From Nitrospinales bacterium (GTDB lineage Bacteria; Nitrospinota; Nitrospinia; Nitrospinales; VA-1), in contig CBDCWG010000012.1 of assembly GCA_965223345.1 (NCBI GenBank), forward strand, positions 1,856,001-1,920,000: a stretch of 64,000 nucleotides of DNA, given 5' to 3'. The position numbers and the translations under genes are program-made. The notes beneath the pieces are model-generated. The model saw only the letters and a list, made by a program, of their open reading frames with translations, did no database searches and had not been told where the DNA came from. Of this stretch, positions 28,873 through 37,559 are shown piece after piece; the first letter of the stretch is position 1; each line of letters starts with the position of its first letter.

Positions 28873-31169
28873 ATTTCATAAAGGAACAGTTCGGACTGTC
28901 CGGATACAACCAGTGGGAGATCCTGTGGGGCCCGGAGCAGCCGGTGTGGATCTTCGTGCTGCTGGGGCTTTTTGTCCCGGCGGCGCTGTGGTTTTTCTGG
29001 ACCAGCCTGGCGCGCATCCGGTCCTGGCCCAAACGCGGTTTTCTCTTCGGCCTCAGGCTGCTGGCGTTTACTTTGCTGATCCTCTTGCTGTTGCAGCCCA
29101 AGTTGCAGTTTCACCAGAGCGAGACGCAGAAAAACTCGATCGCCGTCCTGCTGGACAACAGCAAAAGCATGTCCATCCAGACCCTGCCCGCGGAAGAGCC
29201 GCGCATCGAGGCGGTGCGGAAAACCCTGGCCGCCAACCGGTCGCATCTGGATGCGCTGAAAACCGATTTCAACGTCGATCATTACCTGATTTCGGATCGG
29301 GTGGAGGCCTGGCCGGAAGCGGCGGATTTTGCCGGTTATCATCCGCGCGCCGCCAACACCGATTTCAGCCGGGTGCTGGCGGAGCTGAAAAAACAGTATC
29401 AGGAAAAATCGCTGAAGGGCCTGCTGCTGTTTTCGGACGGCGCCGACCTCACCCAGGCAGAAGAGGCGATTTCCAGAGAACTGATGCAGGCGCTGGCGGC
29501 GTTCGATGCGCCGATCCACACGTTTCAGGCGGGCAGCAACGAGGGCTTCAAGGATCTGGCCATCGACGCTTTGGACGCGGCGGATTTCGGATTCGTGCAC
29601 CAGCCGATCCGCGTGGCCGTGACGCTTTCGGCCTCCTCGATGGGCAACAAGAACGTTCCTTTGATTCTCAAGGAAGGCAACAACATCCTGGTTTCCAAGG
29701 TGGTCGAGATCCGCGAAGGGCAGCGCGACACGCGGGTGGAAATGGAGTTCACCCCCAAGGAACTGGGCAAACGAGTGTATTCCGTCTCGGTGCCGCTGTT
29801 TGCGGGCGAATCGATCCCCAGCAACAACCGCCGCAATTTCCAGGTCAACGTGATCCGCGACCGCATTCGCGTCCTGCACCTGAACGGGCGGCCTTCCTGG
29901 GATTCGCGTTTTTTGCGCGAGGTGCTGGTCAACAACCCGAAGGTGGACCTGCTGTCGTTTTTCATCCTGCGCACGCTGGGGGACGACGTGGCCGCGCCCA
30001 CTTCCGAGCTCAGCCTGATCCCGTTTCCCTCCAACCTGCTGTTCAGCGATTATCTCAATTCGTTCGACCTGATCCTGTTTCAGAATTTCCGCTTCGAGTC
30101 GTTCATCGACAAGAAACTGCTGAGCAACCTCAAGGCCTACGTGCAGGACGGCGGATCGTTCATGATGATCGGCGGGGAACTCTCGTTCGCCGGCGGCGGC
30201 TACAAGCGCACGCCGATCGAGGACATCCTGCCGGTGAACCTGAAGGACAACTCGCCGATGTACCTGTACGAGGATTTCCGGCCGCAGCTCAGCGGCGACC
30301 TGATCCAGCATCCGATCCTGCGCCTGGAAAAAGACGCCGCCGCGAACAAGAAGATCTGGAAATCCCTGCCGGTCCTGAACGGGGTGAATCTCGGCCTGGT
30401 GCCCAAACCGGGATCGCACGTACTGGCCAGCTACAGCAAGCCGGGGCCGTCCCCGGTCTCGCATCCGCTGCTGGTGACGCAGCGTATGGGCAAGGGGCGC
30501 AGCCTGATTCTGGCCACCGATTCCTCCTGGAACTGGAATTTTCTGCGCGTGGGGGAGGGCGGCAGCGGCCGCTACTACCAGAGGCTGTGGAACAACCTTC
30601 TGGCCTGGCTGACGGGGGATTCGGAAACCCAGTTGTTGCAGCTGGAAACCGACCGCGAGCGCTACCGCGAGGAAGAGCGGGTGTTCGTCAAATTCCGGGT
30701 GCTCAACGAAAATTACCGGCCCGCCGCCAACCATCCCGTGCGGCTGACGCTCACCAGCGTCACCGGAGAGTCGAAGACGCACGAGCTGGCCACCGATGAC
30801 AACGGCGACGGCGGGTTTCAGTATATTCCCATGCAGGAAGGGTTTTACACGGTGAAAGTGGAAACCAAAGTGGAGGGGCGCACTCTGAACAGGCAGATCC
30901 AGTTCGGCGTGTTCGCCGAAACCGCCGAGTTCGACCGGCCGCGGGTCAACGGCTGGCTGCTCGAAAAAATCGCCGCGGTCACCGGCGGCGTGCACACGGT
31001 TCTGGATTCAGAAACCGATCTGAGTTCGCTGAAATTCGAAAACCCCATGTTTCGCGTGAAGACGCGCAGCAAGACCCTGACCCTGTGGGACAACTGGTGG
31101 TCCTACGGGCTGATCCTGAGCTGCCTGCTGCTGGACTGGTGGATCCGCCGGAAATCCGGACTGAGCTGA
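28869..31169 (+). CDS. Membrane protein with vWA (MIDAS) and glutamine-amidotransferase-like domains
   Basis: N-terminal TM helices; LLDNSKSM...TD...LFSDG MIDAS; YVQDGGSFMMIGG..SF..GGY..TPIEDILPV; C-terminal WWIRRKSGL; ATGA overlap with the DUF4159 gene. Confidence 0.85.
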   Translation: MNFIKEQFGLSGYNQWEILWGPEQPVWIFVLLGLFVPAALWFFWTSLARIRSWPKRGFLFGLRLLAFTLLILLLLQPKLQFHQSETQKNSIAVLLDNSKSMSIQTLPAEEPRIEAVRKTLAANRSHLDALKTDFNVDHYLISDRVEAWPEAADFAGYHPRAANTDFSRVLAELKKQYQEKSLKGLLLFSDGADLTQAEEAISRELMQALAAFDAPIHTFQAGSNEGFKDLAIDALDAADFGFVHQPIRVAVTLSASSMGNKNVPLILKEGNNILVSKVVEIREGQRDTRVEMEFTPKELGKRVYSVSVPLFAGESIPSNNRRNFQVNVIRDRIRVLHLNGRPSWDSRFLREVLVNNPKVDLLSFFILRTLGDDVAAPTSELSLIPFPSNLLFSDYLNSFDLILFQNFRFESFIDKKLLSNLKAYVQDGGSFMMIGGELSFAGGGYKRTPIEDILPVNLKDNSPMYLYEDFRPQLSGDLIQHPILRLEKDAAANKKIWKSLPVLNGVNLGLVPKPGSHVLASYSKPGPSPVSHPLLVTQRMGKGRSLILATDSSWNWNFLRVGEGGSGRYYQRLWNNLLAWLTGDSETQLLQLETDRERYREEERVFVKFRVLNENYRPAANHPVRLTLTSVTGESKTHELATDDNGDGGFQYIPMQEGFYTVKVETKVEGRTLNRQIQFGVFAETAEFDRPRVNGWLLEKIAAVTGGVHTVLDSETDLSSLKFENPMFRVKTRSKTLTLWDNWWSYGLILSCLLLDWWIRRKSGLS

Positions 31170-31292
31170 TCCGGGCGGTCCGGCCTTTGATGATTGTGAA
31201 AACTTTTATTTTCAGGTAAGATCGGCCCCGTAGCGGGTTTCGAAATTTCCTGCAATATTGCGGTTCTTTCCTGTAGCGACCCACCGAGTCTC

Positions 31293-32633
31293 ATGTCCAA
31301 AATCACAAAAAGCGGTCCGAACATACGCCACTGGGTCCAGGACCGGATGGCTTTCCTGGCGCTCGTCATCTTTCTGCTCGGCGCCGGCGGCTACATCGCC
31401 ACGGACATGCTGTTTCCGCCGAAAAGCATCTGGATGCACCCGGTCAAGGAGTTTTCCCTGCTGATCGCGTTGATCGGCATCGTGTCGTTCGGCTACGAAG
31501 TGTTTCTGCGCGAGCTGACGTTTCGCGAGTACAAGCAGGCGCTGGAAGAAATCGTCAACCCCGACGCGGTGCGGCTCGGCATCCAGGGAATCTACAAGAA
31601 CCGGTCGGAGCTGGGGCAGGCCACTTCGTTCGAGAGCCTGTTCAAAAACGTCAAGCACGAGATCTTCATCGGCGGCACGTCGCTGCTTTCCATCTCGACC
31701 TCGTCGCGCGAACAGCTCAAGGAAAAAATCCTGAGCGGCGTCAACGTGAAGCTGTTGCTCATGGACCCCAACTCGCCGGTGGTGGAGCTGATTACCAAGC
31801 AGGGAGGCGGGAAATCCACCTTCCTGAACGAAATCAAAACCTCGCTGCTGCTGTTGCAGAAGCTGCAGGACGAGATCGAATCGTCTGGATCCCACTCCAG
31901 GAAGGGCAGCCTGATCGTGCACACCTACGACAGCATTCCCTCGCATTCGTTCATCTCCGTGGACCCCGACGATCCCAGCGGCTTGATCATCGCGGATCTC
32001 GGGCCGTATCTGGGGCGCACGACGCCGCGCCCGAGCATGTCGGTGGTGAAAAAAAAGAAAGGCATGTACGATTACTGGGCCGGCATGAACGATTTGATGT
32101 GGGAGAAGAGCCACCCGGTCGATTTGAAATCGGGCGACCCGCTGCTCGCGAAAACCCGCACGCTCGTTTTTACCAGCGGCCCGGAGGAAACCCAGTATTA
32201 CGATGCGCAGAGCGGAGACTGGCGCAACGCTTCGATTTGCCTGATGGACGACGACTGGCGTTCGATGAAGGGCAGCCAGTGGGTCTGGGTGCGCAAAGAG
32301 CCGACGCTGGAGGAAGCCCGGACGGGCAGTCAGAACCGGTTCCGGCTTGAGTTCACGCTGCCGGTCACCAAGAGCGACGACATTTTGAAAGGGGAGCTGT
32401 TCCTGCGTTCGGACGACGCCTGCCGCATCACCGTCAACGACGTGAGTCTCAAGCATGAGTACAACGGGGCCGGATACCCCGACCCCTTCCTCATCAAAAT
32501 CGACAAATACCTGGCGCCGGGAGAGAACACGCTCGCCTTCGAGCTGAGCCAGTTCGCCCAACCGGACGCCCAGTCGCCGGAAGACAACCGGACGGGCCTG
32601 ATCTACCGGCTGCATCTCGAATACCGCGTCTGA
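31293..32633 (+). CDS. 2TM + PLD-like (DUF5919-type) + galactose-binding-like beta-sandwich protein
   Basis: Two hydrophobic helices; IFIGGTSL...GVNVKLLLMDPNS...VHTYDSIP...MWEKS; then QWVW...FRLEFTL...SDD...VN...LAPGENTL. Confidence 0.7.
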   Translation: MSKITKSGPNIRHWVQDRMAFLALVIFLLGAGGYIATDMLFPPKSIWMHPVKEFSLLIALIGIVSFGYEVFLRELTFREYKQALEEIVNPDAVRLGIQGIYKNRSELGQATSFESLFKNVKHEIFIGGTSLLSISTSSREQLKEKILSGVNVKLLLMDPNSPVVELITKQGGGKSTFLNEIKTSLLLLQKLQDEIESSGSHSRKGSLIVHTYDSIPSHSFISVDPDDPSGLIIADLGPYLGRTTPRPSMSVVKKKKGMYDYWAGMNDLMWEKSHPVDLKSGDPLLAKTRTLVFTSGPEETQYYDAQSGDWRNASICLMDDDWRSMKGSQWVWVRKEPTLEEARTGSQNRFRLEFTLPVTKSDDILKGELFLRSDDACRITVNDVSLKHEYNGAGYPDPFLIKIDKYLAPGENTLAFELSQFAQPDAQSPEDNRTGLIYRLHLEYRV

Positions 32634-32932
32634 AGCGGGAAGCCGCCCCGCTTTCCCCGATCCTGCCAACGCCTTGCCGCCGATTTCTCTTTTCCATTCA
32701 TGAATTTGATTTCAAGGGGTTTTTGCGTCTGATGCGGGTCGGCTTCCGGTCTGCTCTCATTCCTGTCTTTTGCGTGACAGGGAATGGAAAGGAAAGCGTG
32801 TGGACTGGCTGCTTCGGGATTTCAAAAGCGGCGTCCCGTGCAAACCGGAGCGGCAAAAATAATTGAAATCTATATATTTTAGAGTGCCGGAGCATGCCGC
32901 CGGAATGGGGCTTAACCCTTTCAAATCAAACA

Positions 32933-32960
32933 TTGACAGGGTTAAGAAGGCTGATATAAT
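32933..32960 (+). promoter_or_regulatory. Sigma70-type promoter of the nuo operon
   Basis: TTGACA-N16-TATAAT with an extended -10 TG. Confidence 0.8.
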
Positions 32961-33139
32961 CGCCACTTCCATCACGATCAGCCCCTTTCCCCGTGCGAGT
33001 GGCGAAAGGGTGCTACCATGATGAATGAAGGGATTCGGGCGGTCGCGGTTTGGATTGAATGGGGATCGCCCGGGGTTTGACCGATGCGAAACAGGGGCGG
33101 CGTTTTTGAATTGATCGGGCGCCGCCTGAAAGGACTCGA

Positions 33140-33483
33140 ATGACAGAGTATTTCTTTATCGCTGTCTTTGCGGTGGTGGCCCTCGTTGTCGTCGGAGGCT
33201 GCCTGTTTCTGTCCACCGTTCTGGGACCGAGGAACCCGACTCCGCAAAAATTGATCCCCTATGAGTGTGGTATAATTCCGACCGAAGAAGCCAAGGGGCG
33301 CTTTCCGGTGCGCTTTGCGACCATCGCCATGCTGTTCATCATATTTGATATCGAGGTGGTGTTCATGTACCCCTGGGCGGTCGCGCTCGATCAACTGGCG
33401 CTGTTCGGGCTGATCGAGATGCTCATTTTTATTTTCATTTTAGGCATCGCCTACGTTTACATCTGGGGGCGGGGAGGTTTGGA

Positions 33484-33493
<10 letters not shown>
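33140..33493 (+). CDS. nuoA: Complex I subunit A
   Basis: [27 protein letters not shown]. Confidence 0.97.
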
Positions 33494-34064
<571 letters not shown>

Positions 34065-34068
<4 letters not shown>

Positions 34069-34595
34069 CCGCGGAAGAGGTCATCGAAACCGCGACGCAG
34101 GCTCTGGGGGATAAGGTTCAAAAAGGCGAGGTCCATCTGGGCGACGCGATTTTGTTCGTGGGCCCCGAGTCTCTGCACGACGTCGCCCAGTACCTGAAAA
34201 CCGACCCGGCCATGCGGTTCGAATACCTTTCCGATATCCGCGGCGTCGATTACCTCGACCAGGACATCGAACCCCGGTTCGAGTCGGTCTACGAGCTGCA
34301 ATCCTTCGAGCACAACCAATCCGTTCGCATCCGCGTCGGCCTCGATGAAGACGCTCCCTCCGTACCGTCCGTTTCCGATTTGTGGAAAGGCGCGCTGTTC
34401 CCCGAACGCGAGCTGTTCGATATGTTCGGCTTCGACGTTCCCGGCCATCCGAATCTCAAGCGTCTGATCATGCCTGAGGAATGGGAAGGCCATCCTTTGC
34501 GCAAAGATTATCCGTTGACCATCGAGGATGTGGCGTTTTCCCACAACCGGGATTACAAGTCCGAACTGGTCAAATCCAAACCACCGACACGATAA
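34065..34595 (+). CDS. nuoC: Complex I subunit C
   Basis: ERELFDMFG...[24 protein letters not shown]. Confidence 0.97.
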
Positions 34596-34604
34596 GCCGA
34601 CGTC

Positions 34605-35804
34605 ATGGGTGTTACCGAACAAGGTCTTCTGGAGCGCGATAAAGACACGATGACCCTCAACATGGGGCCATCGCATCCCAGCACCCACGGGGTGTTCCGG
34701 GTGATCCTGGAAATGGACGGCGAGGTGGTGAAGACCGCCGAACCGGAGATCGGCTACCTGCACACCGGCATCGAGAAGACCTCCGAGAACAAACGCTACG
34801 TCCACGTCATCCCGATGACCGACCGGCTGGATTATCTGAATCCTCCCGGCAACAACCTCGCGTTCTGCCTCACGACCGAAAAACTTTTACAGTGCGAGAT
34901 CCCGACGCGGGCGCAGTATTTGCGCGTGATCATGTGCGAGCTGGCGCGCATCGGCAGTCATCTGGTGTGGCTGGCGACGCACGCGCTGGATATCGGCGCC
35001 ATGACGGTGTTCCTCTACTGCTGGCGCGAGCGCGAAATGATCCTGGACCTCAACGAGGAGGTGTCCGGGGTGCGCATGATGACGAGCTACATCCGCGTGG
35101 GCGGGGTCATGAAAGACGCCACGCCGCAGTGGCTGAACAACGTGCGCAAGTTCATCGACTATTTCCCGGCCAAGATCGACGAGTACGAGCGGCTGCTGAC
35201 CAAAAACCCCATCTGGCTCGACCGCACGCAGGGGATCGGCGCGATGACGCGGGAAGAGGCCCTCAACTGGAGCCTCAGCGGTCCGGCGCTGCGCGCCTCG
35301 GGCGTGAATTTCGATTTCCGCAAACAACGGCCGTACTGCAGCTACAACGATTTCAAATTCGACGTCCCGGTGGGGAAAAACGGCGATGTGTACGAGCGCT
35401 ACCTGCTGCGGGTCGAGGAGATGCGGCAGAGCCGCCGGATCATCCTGCAGGCGCTCGACAACCTGCCCGAAGGGCCGTACAAAGCCGAAGACAACAAGGT
35501 TTCCCTGCCGGACCGCAACACGCTGCACACCAGCATGGAGGCGTTGATCCATCATTTCAAACTGGTGTCGGAAGGGGTCAGCGTTCCCAAAGGCGAGACC
35601 TATGTGCCGACGGAAGGCCCGCGCGGGGAAGTGGGTTTTTACATCGTGAGCGACGGCAGCAACACGCCGTACCGTGTCAAACTGCGCGCGCCTTCGTTCA
35701 TCGCGATCCCCGGCATGTGCAAGATGATGGAAAATGCCTACATCGCCGATGTGGTGGCGGTGATCGGCAGCATCGATATCGTGATGGGGGAAGTGGATCG
35801 CTGA
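34605..35804 (+). CDS. nuoD: Complex I subunit D
   Basis: LNMGPSHPSTHGVFR, IGYLHTGIEK, DRLDY, EGPRGE, DIVMGEVDR. Confidence 0.98.
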   Translation: MGVTEQGLLERDKDTMTLNMGPSHPSTHGVFRVILEMDGEVVKTAEPEIGYLHTGIEKTSENKRYVHVIPMTDRLDYLNPPGNNLAFCLTTEKLLQCEIPTRAQYLRVIMCELARIGSHLVWLATHALDIGAMTVFLYCWREREMILDLNEEVSGVRMMTSYIRVGGVMKDATPQWLNNVRKFIDYFPAKIDEYERLLTKNPIWLDRTQGIGAMTREEALNWSLSGPALRASGVNFDFRKQRPYCSYNDFKFDVPVGKNGDVYERYLLRVEEMRQSRRIILQALDNLPEGPYKAEDNKVSLPDRNTLHTSMEALIHHFKLVSEGVSVPKGETYVPTEGPRGEVGFYIVSDGSNTPYRVKLRAPSFIAIPGMCKMMENAYIADVVAVIGSIDIVMGEVDR

Positions 35805-36274
35805 TGTTTGCGTTTTCAAAAGAATCCGAAGCTAAAATCGAAAAGATCCTGAAAAAGTATCCGACCAAGCAGTCGGCGCTGCTGCCCCTGTTGACGCTCA
35901 CGCAACGGCAGGAGCGTTACGTGAGCCCCGAGGCGATGCGGGAAATCGCCCGCAGGCTGGACGTGTCCCCCGGTTACGTGCAGTCGGTGGCTTCGTTTTA
36001 CACGATGTACTCGTTCGAGCCGGTCGGCAAATACATCATTCTGTTCTGCATCAACATCAGCTGTCAGCTCAACGGCTGCGACGCGCTTTTGGCCCACACG
36101 GCCAAAAAGCTGAATATCAAGCCCGGCGAGACGACCGCCGACAAGAAGTTCACGCTGAAGCGGGAGGAATGTCTGGCGGCCTGCACCGGCGCACCGATGA
36201 TGCGGATCAACGACACGTTTTACGAAAACCTGACCGAAAAGAGGATCGACGAGATCCTCGATTCTCTGGATTGA
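35804..36274 (+). CDS. nuoE: Complex I subunit E
   Basis: ATG overlaps the nuoD TGA; SALLPLL, VASFYTMY, CINISC...ECLAAC. Confidence 0.96.
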   Translation: MFAFSKESEAKIEKILKKYPTKQSALLPLLTLTQRQERYVSPEAMREIARRLDVSPGYVQSVASFYTMYSFEPVGKYIILFCINISCQLNGCDALLAHTAKKLNIKPGETTADKKFTLKREECLAACTGAPMMRINDTFYENLTEKRIDEILDSLD

Positions 36275-36286
36275 AGCGGTGGCGGC

Positions 36287-37549
36287 ATGACCCAGATCCT
36301 GTTTAAGAACATCGACATGAAGGACCTCCACAAGATCGAGGTCTACGAAAAACAGGGCGGCTACAAGAGCCTCAAAAAAGCGTTCGCCAAAAAGCCCGAG
36401 GAGATCGTCGAGATGGTCAAAGCCTCGGGCCTGCGCGGCCGCGGCGGCGCCGGATTCCCGACCGGGCTCAAGTGGAGCTTTCTCGCCAAGGACGTGTTCC
36501 CGCGCTATCTCTGTTGCAACGCCGACGAGAGCGAACCGGGCACCTGCAAGGACCGCGAGCTTTTATTGAAAAACCCGCACCTGCTGATCGAGGGGATGAT
36601 CCTCTGCTCCTACGCCTGCCGCATCGAGACCGCCTACAACTACCTGCGCGGCGAGTTTTACGATCTGTGCGAGGTGTTTGAAGTGGCGCTCGAAGAGGCG
36701 TACAAAAAAGGCTATCTGGGGAAAAACATCCTCGGTTCCGGATTCAACCTGGATATCCACACGCACCTGGGTGCGGGAGCCTACATCTGCGGTGAGGAAT
36801 CGGCGCTGCTCAACTCGCTGGAAGGGCGGCGCGGCGAGCCGCGCATGAAGCCGCCGTTTCCGGCTGTGGAAGGGCTGTACGGCAAACCGACCGTCATCAA
36901 CAACGTCGAGACGCTGTGCGTGGTGCCCTACATCGTGAACGAGGGCGCGGAAAAATACGCGGCGCTGGGCACGGAAAAAAGCAAGGGCACCAAACTGGTC
37001 AGCGTGTCGGGCCATGTGAAAAAACCGGGAAACTACGAAGTGGTCATGGGAACGCCCACCAAAGAGATCATTTACGATATGGCGGGCGGCATCCGCGACG
37101 GCAATCAGCTCAAGGCGTTCATCCCCGGCGGCTCGTCGGTGCCGATGCTGCCGGCGGATCTGGTGGACACGCCCTACGACTACGAATCGATCCAGGCGGC
37201 GGGTTCCATGCTGGGATCGGGTGCGCTGATCGTCATCGACCACACGGTGAACGTGGTGGAGTCGGCGCTGCGGCTGGTGAGTTTTTACATGCACGAATCC
37301 TGCGGCAAATGCACACCGTGCCGCGAGGGCACGCGCTGGATGTGGCAGATCCTCAATCAGATCCACACAAATCACGGCGCATCCAAACAGGTTGCGGAAC
37401 TGGAAGACATCTGCGACAACATCAGCTTCAAATGCTTCTGCCCTTTGGGCGATGCGGCGGTGGCGCCGGTGGCCAGCTCGATCAAGAATTTCCGCGCCGA
37501 TTACGAAGAACTGCTGGGCCGGGTCGCGGCGGCGGAACACGCGGGTTGA
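36287..37549 (+). CDS. nuoF: Complex I subunit F
   Basis: SGLRGRGGAGFPTGLKW, NADESEPG, AYICGEE, ESCGKCTPCREG, FCPLG. Confidence 0.98.
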   Translation: MTQILFKNIDMKDLHKIEVYEKQGGYKSLKKAFAKKPEEIVEMVKASGLRGRGGAGFPTGLKWSFLAKDVFPRYLCCNADESEPGTCKDRELLLKNPHLLIEGMILCSYACRIETAYNYLRGEFYDLCEVFEVALEEAYKKGYLGKNILGSGFNLDIHTHLGAGAYICGEESALLNSLEGRRGEPRMKPPFPAVEGLYGKPTVINNVETLCVVPYIVNEGAEKYAALGTEKSKGTKLVSVSGHVKKPGNYEVVMGTPTKEIIYDMAGGIRDGNQLKAFIPGGSSVPMLPADLVDTPYDYESIQAAGSMLGSGALIVIDHTVNVVESALRLVSFYMHESCGKCTPCREGTRWMWQILNQIHTNHGASKQVAELEDICDNISFKCFCPLGDAAVAPVASSIKNFRADYEELLGRVAAAEHAG

Positions 37550-37559
37550 GGGATTGAAC

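Noticed and set aside
34892..36274. 460-aa NuoE
   Set aside because: Off-frame read-through of nuoD; the real start is 35804.
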